A DNA stretch of 64,000 nt from positions 1,408,001 to 1,472,000 of the forward strand of contig OZ219866.1 in the NCBI GenBank assembly GCA_964291675.2, in the 5' to 3' direction. Source of the DNA: Alphaproteobacteria bacterium (GTDB lineage Bacteria; Pseudomonadota; Alphaproteobacteria; MPNO01). How positions within the stretch are numbered: the first letter of the stretch is position 1; each line of letters begins with the position of its first letter. The notes beneath the pieces are model-generated. The model had not been told where the DNA came from, did not search any database, and worked only from the letters and a program-made list of their open reading frames with translations. Positions 8,557-18,299 of this stretch are shown here, piece by piece. Both the position numbers and the translations under genes were made by a program.

Positions 8557-9111
8557 TCACCCGCGCGGCGGCGGTACGGCGGCGACTGCCGCAGCCGCCC
8601 AGTCCGGAAGAACTTCTGCGGTCCACCATGTCCCGGCCATGAATATGGCAACCTCGCGGTGGGGCAAGTCCGGGTCGGTGTTGTCGTAAAGCAAGACCTC
8701 GTCGGCCCGCGCAATCGCGACAGGGAGGTTCTCCAGCGATCGCGCAAATCGCCGCCGCACGTCCGATTCCGGAACGTCATGGCCGCCGAGCGCGACCCGA
8801 TTGCGGATGCGGTCGAGTGACTGGTCGGGGGATTCGACACACACATAATGCAGAACGACGCGATAACCGGCGCTTCGTGCCGTCTCCATGAGACGTAGGG
8901 GGCCGGAACCGGCGAGAGTGGTCTCGACCGCGAGTGTTCGGCCTTCCGCGATCGCCGTCCGCCGGCGCCTCAACGCTTCGCGGCCCGCCGCGCCGGGGGC
9001 GTCGGCCAAGGCGTCGGGATCGATCACCTCTACCCCGTGGAACCACCGGGTGCGCGTCAGGGTCGATTTTCCGCACCCGTTCGGTCCGGCGACGACAACG
9101 AGCGTCGGCAC
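8557..9111 (-). CDS. Zeta-toxin-like P-loop ATPase/kinase (COG4185-type)
   Basis: AGPNGCGKST, ETTL, RIRNRVALGGHDVP, LYDN. Confidence 0.8.
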   Translation of the reverse strand: MPTLVVVAGPNGCGKSTLTRTRWFHGVEVIDPDALADAPGAAGREALRRRRTAIAEGRTLAVETTLAGSGPLRLMETARSAGYRVVLHYVCVESPDQSLDRIRNRVALGGHDVPESDVRRRFARSLENLPVAIARADEVLLYDNTDPDLPHREVAIFMAGTWWTAEVLPDWAAAAVAAVPPPRG

Positions 9112-9135
9112 GGCGGAAAACCCAGACAGGTGGAT

Positions 9136-9339
9136 TCAGGCGGACTTGCCGGCAGGCGGCCGGATCACCCGGTCGCCATGCTTGGTTCGAGCGATATAGG
9201 CGCCGTCCGAGCGAACGCCGTACAGCGTGCCTCCGGCGTCGAGCTGAGCCGCGAGGTCTGCCTTGATCTGCTCACGCCAGTCCTTGGGGCGCCCGGGCAC
9301 ATCCGGCATCGGCCCCACCGTTTCCTTGCGCTTCAACAT
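9136..9339 (-). CDS. Small protein (67 aa), candidate antitoxin/partner
   Basis: MLKRKETVGPMPDVPGRPKDW..; directly upstream of the zeta-like gene; own promoter. Confidence 0.55.
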   Translation of the reverse strand: MLKRKETVGPMPDVPGRPKDWREQIKADLAAQLDAGGTLYGVRSDGAYIARTKHGDRVIRPPAGKSA

Positions 9340-9346
9340 GCCAGTC

Positions 9347-9375
9347 AATCTAGGTCCGATCCACCCGGCATTCAA
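9347..9375 (-). promoter_or_regulatory. Sigma70-like promoter, probably leaderless transcript
   Basis: TTGAAT-N17-TAGATT-N7-ATG; no RBS. Confidence 0.55.
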
Positions 9376-9398
9376 TACGTTGCGACTGGACTCGCCGC

Positions 9399-9884
9399 CT
9401 ACCAGAACCCCTCGTGGACCCGCGCCGACTCCGCCTCCAGCAGCGGCCCCACGACCTCGACCTCGCGCTGGCCGGCGGCGAACACGGTGCGGCAGGGGAG
9501 GTCGAGGGTGAGGTTCTCGGGGTGCGGGCCGATCAGCGCCTTGAGCGCCTGCTCGCTCATCCCATGCACCACCCGGCCGATGCCCGCCCAGTAGGCGGCG
9601 CCGGCGCACATCGCGCAGGGCTCGGCGCTGGCATACATGGTGCAGCGCGCCAGGAAATCGGCGCCGTGGGCGATCGAGGCCCGGGTCATCAGCGTGCGCT
9701 CGGCATGGCCGGTGGCGTCGCCGTCCACGCCGAAGGCGTTCATCGCCTCCATCAGCACCGCGCCGTCGGGCCCGACCAGGATGGCGCCGAAGGGGTGGTT
9801 GCCCGCGCGCCGCGATTTCTCCGCCACGTCTATGGCAAGGCGCAGGAAATGCTCGTGGTCGAGGTCGGGGAGTCCCCCGCTCAC
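9399..9884 (-). CDS. Nucleoside/guanine deaminase-family zinc enzyme
   Basis: HAE and EPCAMC motifs; GTGA overlap with the Rieske gene. Confidence 0.88.
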   Translation of the reverse strand: MSGGLPDLDHEHFLRLAIDVAEKSRRAGNHPFGAILVGPDGAVLMEAMNAFGVDGDATGHAERTLMTRASIAHGADFLARCTMYASAEPCAMCAGAAYWAGIGRVVHGMSEQALKALIGPHPENLTLDLPCRTVFAAGQREVEVVGPLLEAESARVHEGFW

Positions 9885-10933
9885 GCCCGCCGTTCCTCGC
9901 CGTAGAGCCGGCGGACCATGCGCCGCATGCGGAGCAAGGGCTCGTCGGCCGGGATGGTGCCGCGCGGGTTCACGTCCTCGCCCTTCGTCTCGGGGTCGAG
10001 GTCGATCGCCCGCTGCTGCGCCTCGTAGACCGCGAGGTCCTCGGCCAGCACGCCCATCATCTGCTCGGTGAACGTCGCCTCCATGCGCGGCGGCACCATC
10101 GAGCGGTGACCCGCCACCGCGTAGAACTGGTGGGTGGTGGTCTCGGTCTCGGGCGTCAGCGCGTGGTAGACCACGAAGCCCCAGCGCCCCTGGCTCGACG
10201 GGCGCTGTTCCTGCGGCAGCCCCTCGCCGGCCGGGGTCGAGCCGTTGCAGATGTCGATATAGGACGGCGGGATGTATTTCGAGACCTGCCAGCGGTCGAT
10301 CGGCCCGTCGTCGCCGGTGTACTGGACGAAGGCCGGCGCCGGCGGGATGCCCTCCATCCAGCGGGTGACGCGGACGAAATCGTCGCCGTCCTCGACGATC
10401 AGCGTCGCCTCCTCCGCCAGAGCACGGTTGCCGGTGGTCGACGAATGGACGTAGGTCAGGTGCGAAAGGTCGAGCAGATTGTCGAGCACCAGCCGGTAGC
10501 CGCCCTTGACCAGCGTCTGGCCGGTGACGGCGTACCAGTCGGGATCGGCGAGCTTCGCGTGGTAGTCGGGCACCAGGTCGGGGTCGGCGTCCGCCGGATC
10601 GCCCATCCAGACGAACACCCAGCGGTCGCGCTCGGCGACCGGGTAGGCCTTCACCCTTGCCCAGCCCGGCACCTCCTGCTGCCCGGGCACGTGGGTGCAG
10701 ACCCCGTCGCGGCCGAACACCAGCCCGTGATAGCCGCACTCGATCTCGTCGCCGTCGAGCCGGCCTTCCGACAGCGGCAGGTTGCGGTGCGCGCAGCGGT
10801 TCTCCAGCGCCACCGGCACCCCGTCGAGGCCGCGGAACAGCATCACGTAGTCGCCGAGCAGCACCCGGGCGAGCGGCGTCCGGCCGACATCCTCCGACCA
10901 GGCCGCGACGTACCAGTGGTTTCTCAAGAGCAC
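9881..10933 (-). CDS. Rieske oxygenase (VanA/O-demethylase-like)
   Basis: CAHR..CGYH Rieske motif; DNLLDLSHLTYVH mononuclear iron motif. Confidence 0.9.
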   Translation of the reverse strand: MLLRNHWYVAAWSEDVGRTPLARVLLGDYVMLFRGLDGVPVALENRCAHRNLPLSEGRLDGDEIECGYHGLVFGRDGVCTHVPGQQEVPGWARVKAYPVAERDRWVFVWMGDPADADPDLVPDYHAKLADPDWYAVTGQTLVKGGYRLVLDNLLDLSHLTYVHSSTTGNRALAEEATLIVEDGDDFVRVTRWMEGIPPAPAFVQYTGDDGPIDRWQVSKYIPPSYIDICNGSTPAGEGLPQEQRPSSQGRWGFVVYHALTPETETTTHQFYAVAGHRSMVPPRMEATFTEQMMGVLAEDLAVYEAQQRAIDLDPETKGEDVNPRGTIPADEPLLRMRRMVRRLYGEERRA

Positions 10934-11103
10934 CGCGTCTTCCCCCCAGCACCGTGGAGCGCGAAAACCCTAGGGGCGGCGCGGCGAGAGTGTCAACAAG
11001 CCGCCCGACTCGGGTGACATCGGGACGGTTGCGCGGCCGCGGTTCGACGGGGCGCCGAAATGGGTTAGTCTCGCGGCAGCAGGAAACCGGACGGGAGAAG
11101 GTC

Positions 11104-11478
11104 ATGTCGCTGGTCGCGCTTGCCACCAAGGGGAACTACTTCCACGTCTACGATTTCCGGGTGAAGCCGGGCACCGGGGACGAGTTCATCGAGAAATTCG
11201 ACACGTTCGACTATTCCGACGACAACCCGATGCACAAGTCGCCGGCCCAGGTGAAGGACGGGGTGCTGTGCCGCGACACCGAGGACCCGGACCACTTCTA
11301 CCTGATCGGCGAATGGTCCGACATCGATGTGCACGCGAAGATCCGCCGGCAGCTCGCCGCCATGAACCTCGAATTCGTCACCCTGATCGAGGACCTCGAC
11401 AAGGGCGCGTTCGTGCCGACCTATGCCGAGATCGTCTCCTCGACGCCGCAGAGCGTGCTCGATTCGGCGGCGGAGTAG
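11104..11478 (+). CDS. ABM (antibiotic biosynthesis monooxygenase)-fold protein
   Basis: FRVKPG..F..F, DTEDPDHFYLIGEWSD..H pattern; RBS GGAG. Confidence 0.65.
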   Translation: MSLVALATKGNYFHVYDFRVKPGTGDEFIEKFDTFDYSDDNPMHKSPAQVKDGVLCRDTEDPDHFYLIGEWSDIDVHAKIRRQLAAMNLEFVTLIEDLDKGAFVPTYAEIVSSTPQSVLDSAAE

Positions 11479-11560
11479 GGCGCCGGCCGCGCGTCTGTTC
11501 GCGCCGTTTCGGCTCCGCTACACTCCCGCCGACCAACCGGCCGATGCAAGGGAGGACAAC

Positions 11561-12640
11561 ATGCGTTTCGGAACCACCGCGACGGCGGCGCTCGCGGGCG
11601 CGGCGCTCGCCGTTCTGCTCGCGGCCCCCGCCGCCAATGCCCAGAAGACGATCTCGCTCACCGCGGTCGACGGCTACCCGCCGCGCGCGCTGCAGGTCAG
11701 GACCTTCCTCAGCTTCCTGATTCCCGAGGTCGACAAGCGGCTCGCCAAATCGGGCGAGTACAAGATCGACTGGAACAAGGCCTTCGCCGGCCAGATCGTC
11801 AAGGTCCGCCATGTCATGACCGGCATGCAGAAGGGGCTCGGCGATATCGGCGTGGTCACCAGCGTGTTCCACCAGGACAAGGTGCCGATGCAGGCGGTCG
11901 CCTATGTGACGCCGTTCGTCACCGCCGATCCGGTGCTGCTGTCGCGCAGCGTCGACGAGCTCGCCGAGACCTTCCCGGCGATGAAACAGGCCTGGATGAA
12001 GTACAACCAGGTGCTGCTGTCGAGCTTCTCGGTGATCGACACCTACCAGATGTTCTTCCGCAAGCGGATCACCAAGCTGGAGCAGTTCAAGGGGCTCAAG
12101 ATCGCCGGCGCCGGGATCAACATGCGCTACCTCACGGGGACGGGCGCGACGCCGGTGATCGGCTCGATGGTGCACTACTACAACAAGTTCAAGACCGGCG
12201 CGATCGACGGCTCGATGCTGTGGACCGACGCCGCCGTGGCCTTCAAGCTGGTCGAGGGCGCGAAGTTCATGCTCAAGGCCGATATCGGCACCGCCAACTC
12301 CAAGGCGCTGACCATGAACGCCAAGGCCTACAAGCGGCTGCCCGCCGCGGTGCGCGACGTGATCCACGCGGTGTCCGCCGATTACCGCGACCACACCGCG
12401 CAGCAGTCGATCGACGACGCCGACAAGGCCTACGCGAACTACAAGGCCAAGGGCGGCGAGATCATCCAGATGTCGCAGGCCGCGCGCGAGAACTGGGCCA
12501 AGACGATGCCCAATATCGCCAAGGACTGGGCCGGCAAGCTGGACGCGCAGGGGCTCCCCGGGACCAAGCTGCTGATGGCCTATATGGACAAGATGCGGGC
12601 CGCCAAGCAGCCGATCATCCGGCACTGGGACAAGGAGTAG
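11561..12640 (+). CDS. dctP: TRAP transporter substrate-binding protein
   Basis: Signal peptide, FKGLKI, TGAIDG; followed by small and large permeases. Confidence 0.88.
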   Translation: MRFGTTATAALAGAALAVLLAAPAANAQKTISLTAVDGYPPRALQVRTFLSFLIPEVDKRLAKSGEYKIDWNKAFAGQIVKVRHVMTGMQKGLGDIGVVTSVFHQDKVPMQAVAYVTPFVTADPVLLSRSVDELAETFPAMKQAWMKYNQVLLSSFSVIDTYQMFFRKRITKLEQFKGLKIAGAGINMRYLTGTGATPVIGSMVHYYNKFKTGAIDGSMLWTDAAVAFKLVEGAKFMLKADIGTANSKALTMNAKAYKRLPAAVRDVIHAVSADYRDHTAQQSIDDADKAYANYKAKGGEIIQMSQAARENWAKTMPNIAKDWAGKLDAQGLPGTKLLMAYMDKMRAAKQPIIRHWDKE

Positions 12641-12645
12641 ACGCG

Positions 12646-13200
12646 CTGGCGGATAGCGCGCCGCGCGCCGGGAAGGACCGTCCCCGGGGCGCGGCGTTGC
12701 GCGCCTTCTCCGCGCTGGTCGGCGGCATGAACGCCGCCGGCTCGTGCTGGATCGTGGTGCTGATGCTGCTGATCAACGCCGAGGCGATCAGCCGCTCGGC
12801 GTTCAACGCGCCGATCATCGGCGTGATCGAGATGATCGAGATCTCGATCATCGGCATCGTCTTCATGCAGCTCGCGGATTCGCTGCGCCGCGGCGTGCTG
12901 ACCCGCTCGGACGGGCTGTTCAACCAGGTGATGCGGCGCCGCCCGAAAGCGGGTCACGGCATGGCCGTCGCGACCTTTCTGCTCGGCACAATCTTCATGG
13001 GGCTGATCATCTGGGGCAGCGTGCCGTTCTTCTTCGAGTCCTGGGAGAACGATTACTATATCGGCGTCGAGGGCATGTTCACCGCCCCGGTCTGGCCGGT
13101 CGCGCTGATCATCGTCATCGCCGTGGTCGTCACCATGGTGCAGTTCGCGATCATGCTCGCCGACCACTGGCGTGCCATGACCGGCCGGGCGCGGGGCTGA
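12646..13200 (+). CDS. dctQ: TRAP small permease (start uncertain, 12646 or 12728)
   Basis: Four hydrophobic segments; SRSAFNAPIIG..E pattern. Confidence 0.82.
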   Translation: MADSAPRAGKDRPRGAALRAFSALVGGMNAAGSCWIVVLMLLINAEAISRSAFNAPIIGVIEMIEISIIGIVFMQLADSLRRGVLTRSDGLFNQVMRRRPKAGHGMAVATFLLGTIFMGLIIWGSVPFFFESWENDYYIGVEGMFTAPVWPVALIIVIAVVVTMVQFAIMLADHWRAMTGRARG

Positions 13201-13206
13201 GGCGCG

Positions 13207-14520
13207 GTGGGCGTCGAAGTCGGGATCGCCTCGGTCGTCGCCATCCTGGTGCTGATCTATGCCGGCATCCACGTCGCTGTCGCGCTCGGCCTGGTCTCCT
13301 TCATCGGGGTCTGGATCTATCGCGGTTCCATCGACGTGGCGATCAACCTGCTGGCCGCGGCCACCCACGACACCATCGCGCACGCGGTGTTCGCCAACAT
13401 CCCGCTCTTCGCCCTGATGGGGATCGTCGCCGCCGAGATCGGGCTCGGCGCCGACGTCTACCGGGTGGCCGACCAGATGTTCCGCCGGGTGCGGGGCGGG
13501 CTCGGCATGGCGACGGTGGCGGCGAACGCGCTGTTCGCCTCGATCACCGGCTCGTCGATCGCCTCGGCCTCGGTATTCACCCGCATCGCGGTGCCGGAAA
13601 TGCGCCGCTTCGGCTACACGCGGCAGTTCTCGGTCGGCGTGGTCGCCGGCTCCTCGGTGCTCGGCATGCTGATCCCGCCGTCCTCGATGCTGATCATCTA
13701 CGCCATCGTCGCCGAGGTGTCGGTCGGGCACATGTTCATCGCCGGCTTCATCCCGGGTGTCATCCTCTCGATCGCCTTCATCCTCGGCATCGTGCTGATG
13801 GCCCGGGTCCTTCCCAAATTCATCTCCGAGGAGACGCTGGTCGGCGTCGTCGACGAAGGCGAGACGATGAGCCTGCTGGAGATGTGCTGGCTGCTGCTGC
13901 CGGTCGCCTTCCTGGTCGTCCTCGTGCTGGGCGGGATCTACACCGGCTGGTTCTCGCCCGAGGAGGCGGGCGCGGCGGGCTCGGCCGGCGCGCTCGCCAT
14001 CGGCGTCTTGAAGCGGCGGCTGACCTGGCGCGGGCTCTGGCGGGTCCTCGTCGAGACCGGGCAGATCACCGCCGCCATCCTGTTCCTGATCATCGCCGCC
14101 TCGATGTACAGCCGCATGCTGGGCGTAGCCGCGCTGCCCACCCAGTTCAGCGACTGGCTGGCCAGCATGAATTTCGACATGGTCGGGCTGATGGCGATCT
14201 ACGTGATCCTGATGGTCCTGCTGGGGACCATCATCGAGACCGCCTCGATCATCCTGATCGTGGTGCCGCTGTTCCTGACCTCGGTCGAGGCGCTCGGCGG
14301 CAACATCGTCTGGTTCGGCATCGTCACCGTGATCGGCGCCGAGATCGGCCTCTTGACCCCGCCGCTCGGCATCTCGTGCTTCACCATCAAGAGCACGATC
14401 CGGGACAAGTCGATCACGCTCGCGCACATCTTCACCGGCGCGTTCCCCTTCGCCTTCATCATGCTGCTGGTGCTGATCCTGATCATCGCCTACCCGGTGC
14501 TCAGCCTGGCGCTGCTATAG
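13207..14520 (+). CDS. dctM: TRAP large permease
   Basis: IPLFALMG, SITGSS, LGMLIPPS, GLLTPPLG. Confidence 0.92.
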   Translation: MGVEVGIASVVAILVLIYAGIHVAVALGLVSFIGVWIYRGSIDVAINLLAAATHDTIAHAVFANIPLFALMGIVAAEIGLGADVYRVADQMFRRVRGGLGMATVAANALFASITGSSIASASVFTRIAVPEMRRFGYTRQFSVGVVAGSSVLGMLIPPSSMLIIYAIVAEVSVGHMFIAGFIPGVILSIAFILGIVLMARVLPKFISEETLVGVVDEGETMSLLEMCWLLLPVAFLVVLVLGGIYTGWFSPEEAGAAGSAGALAIGVLKRRLTWRGLWRVLVETGQITAAILFLIIAASMYSRMLGVAALPTQFSDWLASMNFDMVGLMAIYVILMVLLGTIIETASIILIVVPLFLTSVEALGGNIVWFGIVTVIGAEIGLLTPPLGISCFTIKSTIRDKSITLAHIFTGAFPFAFIMLLVLILIIAYPVLSLALL

Positions 14521-14564
14521 GGCGCGCGGCCGAGCGGAGAAATCTCGCCGCCATTGCCACACGT

Positions 14565-14595
14565 CGTCATGGCGGGACCGAGTCCGGCCATGACG
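14565..14595. repeat. Collapsed family-1 palindrome between convergent genes
   Basis: CGTCATGGCGGGACCGAGTCCGGCCATGACG. Confidence 0.6.
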
Positions 14596-14628
14596 GGCGG
14601 GGCGGCGGCGAAGCCGCGTATCGAGGGG

Positions 14629-15321
14629 TCAGGCCAGCGCGTAGTCGTGCTCGTAATGCAGGAAGATGCCGTCGAAATAGAACCAGCGCATCACCGCGCT
14701 CTCGCGCGCCCAGTGGATCGCCTCGTCCTTCATCTCCCGCGTCGTGCAGTGCCGCTCCAGCGCCTCGAAGCCGCGGTCGCCGTGCTCGATGTCGACCTCG
14801 GCGTGGAGCCAGAAATGCTCGATCGCCGGCTCGGGATATTTGTAGATATCCCTGAGCGCCGGCAGCACCTTGGAATAGAGCATCGGCGACTGCGACTCGG
14901 TGCCGATGCGGAGCGCCGACACGCCGCAATGCCAGGGCTGCTCCCGGGCCACCCATTTGAGCCAGGCGACCCATGACCGCGTGGTCGGCAGCCCCCGCCC
15001 CGCCTTGACCGCGTTGAGATCGGCGCCGTTCTCCGCGGCGAAGCGCAGCACGATGTCGAGATGCGAATGCTCCGGGTCGGTCTCCTCGTGGAAGTTCTCC
15101 AGCTCCAGCTCGACCACGTCGGGCGGCGCCTTGGCGCAGATGCTGAACGAGGCCTCCTGCACCATGTTGGAGATCCAGTGCCAGTGCTCGACCGCCCAGC
15201 CCATGCAGGCGCGGCGCCCGAGCTCGCCCCTGGCCCATTTCTCGGTCATCGGATGGTTGGCGCAGTGGCGCTCCAGCACCGCCGCCTCCAGCTCCTCCCG
15301 GAACGCGGTTTTCGCGGCCAT
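14629..15321 (-). CDS. Heme-oxygenase-like diiron enzyme (PqqC/CADD/TenA superfamily)
   Basis: ENFHEE..SH, E, HFWLHAEVDIEH ligand pattern. Confidence 0.82.
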   Translation of the reverse strand: MAAKTAFREELEAAVLERHCANHPMTEKWARGELGRRACMGWAVEHWHWISNMVQEASFSICAKAPPDVVELELENFHEETDPEHSHLDIVLRFAAENGADLNAVKAGRGLPTTRSWVAWLKWVAREQPWHCGVSALRIGTESQSPMLYSKVLPALRDIYKYPEPAIEHFWLHAEVDIEHGDRGFEALERHCTTREMKDEAIHWARESAVMRWFYFDGIFLHYEHDYALA

Positions 15322-15324
15322 CGT

Positions 15325-15723
15325 CTAGTCTCCCTGATCGTCCACCACCGCGATCCCCTGGATCTCCACCATCATCTCGGGCTGGGCGAAGCCGGCGCAG
15401 GTGATCAGCGCGCTCGCCGGGTAGCCGTCGGTGAAGAACTCCTTGCGGATCTCGGTGAATTCGGTGCCGTGGCGCGAATCGACGACGAACACGGTCATCG
15501 TCACCATGTCGTCGAGCTTGGCGCCGGCGCGCGCCAGCGTCTCGGCCAGCAGGCGGAAGGATTCGCGGGTCTGGGCGGCGAAGTCGCCGGCGAGCGACTT
15601 GCCCCCGGCATCGACCGGCGCGCCGTGCCCGGCGGCCCAGACCACGCGCCCGCCTCGCGTGGTCACGACGGGGGAGAACGAGCGGTTCTCCTGCCAGGTC
15701 CCCTTGTGGTGCTTGCGTTCCAT
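15325..15723 (-). CDS. RidA/YjgF family protein
   Basis: FSPVV, GDFAAQT, RKEFF, YPASAL, MVEIQGIA. Confidence 0.88.
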   Translation of the reverse strand: MERKHHKGTWQENRSFSPVVTTRGGRVVWAAGHGAPVDAGGKSLAGDFAAQTRESFRLLAETLARAGAKLDDMVTMTVFVVDSRHGTEFTEIRKEFFTDGYPASALITCAGFAQPEMMVEIQGIAVVDDQGD

Positions 15724-15731
15724 CTTGCCCC

Positions 15732-16448
15732 CTATTCGGCCGCTTCGGCGGTTTCGATGCGCTGCATATGCGCCCAGATGTCGTCATACATCAGGTGCAT
15801 CACGTCGACCGTCGTCTGCACCGTGTCGACGACCAGCGCCAGATCCGCCTGGCTGGTGGCGAACTGGTCCAGCAGCTTCTTGCCGACGCCCGAATGCTCC
15901 TCGTCGGCGGTGTCGTGCACCCGCCAGTAGGCGACCCCCTTCTCGTCGAGCCCGAAGCGCGCCTTCAGCCGCTCGGCGATGCGCCCGTAGGTGCCCGGGA
16001 TCGGCGCCTCGCCGCCCAGCATGTGCGACGCCACCCCTTCGAGGAAGGTCTTGCCGCAGATATAGGAGAAATAGGCGAAGAAGGCGGTGGTGCCGGCGCA
16101 GTACTTGGTGGCGTACATCTCCTCCCTGGCGAGGCCGATGGCGGCGGCGTAGTTGAGGTAGAGCTTGTGGTGCGAGACGCCCTCGGCGTGCAGCCTGCCG
16201 GTCGCCTCCTCGTAGGTCACCTCGGCGATCTCTTCGCGCCACGCCGGGTCGGGGCAGATGACGTAGAGCCGGCCGTGATAGTTGTGGTTATTCAGCGGCA
16301 GAATGCCGTGCTGCTTGCAGAAATAGCGGATCTGCTCCAGCGAGTGGCTGTCGTCCAGCATCCCGGCCCACAGCGGATGGCCGTAGATCGGCTTCGCCTT
16401 GTGGATGCGGTCGATCTCGTCGAGGACTTTTTGGGCCGTCAGCGCCAT
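15732..16448 (-). CDS. Heme-oxygenase-like diiron enzyme, second paralog
   Basis: HPLW, TYEE..SH, E, YWRVHDTADEEH. Confidence 0.82.
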   Translation of the reverse strand: MALTAQKVLDEIDRIHKAKPIYGHPLWAGMLDDSHSLEQIRYFCKQHGILPLNNHNYHGRLYVICPDPAWREEIAEVTYEEATGRLHAEGVSHHKLYLNYAAAIGLAREEMYATKYCAGTTAFFAYFSYICGKTFLEGVASHMLGGEAPIPGTYGRIAERLKARFGLDEKGVAYWRVHDTADEEHSGVGKKLLDQFATSQADLALVVDTVQTTVDVMHLMYDDIWAHMQRIETAEAAE

Positions 16449-16582
16449 GTCGCTCCCTCCTGCTTGCCATCGGATGATCGTCCACAGCGCCGCGCCTGTC
16501 CAGCCGCGCCCCGGTCTCGACCGGGGCCGCGCGCGCGGCTAGTTTCGCCCCGCCGCCGCCCCGGCGGCGAGAAAGCAGGACA

Positions 16583-17428
16583 ATGAAACCGGAAGACCTT
16601 TCCCAGGTCGTCGCCATCGTCACCGGCGCGGCCGGCGGCCTCGGCGCCGCGATGACCGAAGCCCTCGTGGACGGGGGCGCGCGGGTGCTCGCCGTCGATG
16701 TCGACGAAATCGCGCTCGACGCCCTCGCGGAGCGGCTGCCGGAGGGAAGGGTCGCGCCGCATGCGGCCGATATCCGCGACGCCGCCGCCTGCCGCGAAAT
16801 CGTCGCCCACGCGGTTGCCACGTTCGGCGCGGTCCATGCGCTGGTCAACAACGCCGGCATCGGCCAGTCGAGCATCCGCGCCAGCTACTACGTCGACCGG
16901 ATAAGATTCTGGGAAGTCGCGGACGAGCGCTGGCGCACCATCATGGACACCAACGCGATGGCGCCCTTCCTGCTGGCCAAGGCCGTGCTGCCGCATCTGA
17001 CCCGGGCCGGCTGGGGGCGGATCGTCAACGTGACCACCAGCCTCGATACCATGACCCGGCCGGGCTGGACCCCCTACGGCCCGTCCAAGGCGGCGCTGGA
17101 GGCCTGCACCGCGATCTGGGCCGGCGACCTCGACGGCAGCGGGATCACGGTCAACGTGCTGATCCCGGGCGGTCCTGCCAACACGGCGATGGTGCCGCCC
17201 GACTCATCGCCCGACCGGGCGGCGATGATCCAGCCCGAGGCGATGGCCGCGCCGATCCGCTGGCTGCTCGACCCCGCCTCCGACGGGGTGACGGGGCGGC
17301 GCTTCCTCGGCGTCCGCTGGGATCCGTCGCTGCCGCCGGCGGAAGCGGCCGGGGCGGCCTCGGCGCCCGCCGCCTGGCCCGGGCTCGGACAGCAGGCGCG
17401 ATGGCCCGGACAAGCCGGGGGTGAGTGA
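16583..17428 (+). CDS. Short-chain dehydrogenase/reductase
   Basis: TGAAGGLG, NNAG, YGPSK. Confidence 0.9.
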   Translation: MKPEDLSQVVAIVTGAAGGLGAAMTEALVDGGARVLAVDVDEIALDALAERLPEGRVAPHAADIRDAAACREIVAHAVATFGAVHALVNNAGIGQSSIRASYYVDRIRFWEVADERWRTIMDTNAMAPFLLAKAVLPHLTRAGWGRIVNVTTSLDTMTRPGWTPYGPSKAALEACTAIWAGDLDGSGITVNVLIPGGPANTAMVPPDSSPDRAAMIQPEAMAAPIRWLLDPASDGVTGRRFLGVRWDPSLPPAEAAGAASAPAAWPGLGQQARWPGQAGGE

Positions 17429-18299
17429 ACCCGCGGTCACCGCGCGCGACATCCGCATCGGCATCCTCCTGGTGCTGGGCGGCACCGCGCTGTTCGGCTG
17501 CGGCGAGAGCGTGGTCAAGCTGCTGGCGCGGCACTACGACACGGCGCAGATCGTCTGGGGCCGCTACGTCTTCCACGCCATCGTGTTCATGGCGATCTTC
17601 GCGCGCAGCGGGATCGCCGCCCAGATGCGCACCGCCCGCCCCTGGCTGCAATTCTCCCGCTCGGCGATCCTGCTGCTGGGCACGCTGCTGTTCTTCACCG
17701 CGCTGCGCTATCTCCCGCTCGCCGATGCGGTGGCGATCAACTTCTTCGCGCCGCTGCTGGTGACCGCCTTCTCCATCCCGATCCTCAAGGAGCAGGTGGG
17801 GATCCGGCGCTGGATCGCCATCCTGGTCGGCTTCGCGGGGGTGATGGTGATCATCCGCCCGGGGCTCGGCGTCATGCACTGGGCGGCGATCCTGCCGCTC
17901 GGCACCGCGGTGTGCTACGCGCTCTACCAGGTGCTGACCCGCATCGCCGGGCGTACCGACCACGCGCGCACCAGCCTGTTCTGGTCGGCCGCCGTCGGCA
18001 CGGTGGCGATGTCGTTTCTCGTCCCCTTCCGCTGGACCGCGCCCGACGCCTGGGGCTGGATCATGATGGCGGCGACGGGATGCCTGTTCGGGCTCGGCCA
18101 CTACCTCCTGATCAAGGGGCTCGAACGCGCGCCGGCCTCGGTGCTGTCGCCGTTCATCTACAGCCAGCTCATCTGGGCGGCCACGCTGGGCCTCCTGGTG
18201 TTCGGCGACTTCCCGGACGGCTACTCCATCCTCGGCGCCTTGATCGTCACCGGCAGCGGGCTTTATGTCTGGCACCGCGAGACACGGAGGACGAGATGA
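17421..18299 (+). CDS. DMT/EamA family transporter
   Basis: About 10 TM segments; ILKEQVGIRRW; PASVLSPFIY. Confidence 0.9.
   Translation: MSEPAVTARDIRIGILLVLGGTALFGCGESVVKLLARHYDTAQIVWGRYVFHAIVFMAIFARSGIAAQMRTARPWLQFSRSAILLLGTLLFFTALRYLPLADAVAINFFAPLLVTAFSIPILKEQVGIRRWIAILVGFAGVMVIIRPGLGVMHWAAILPLGTAVCYALYQVLTRIAGRTDHARTSLFWSAAVGTVAMSFLVPFRWTAPDAWGWIMMAATGCLFGLGHYLLIKGLERAPASVLSPFIYSQLIWAATLGLLVFGDFPDGYSILGALIVTGSGLYVWHRETRRTR

Noticed and set aside
6413-8629. 738-aa transposase fusion
   Set aside because: Transposase homology and an RBS begin at 7444; the upstream part is off-frame SDR and REP sequence lying outside the IS end
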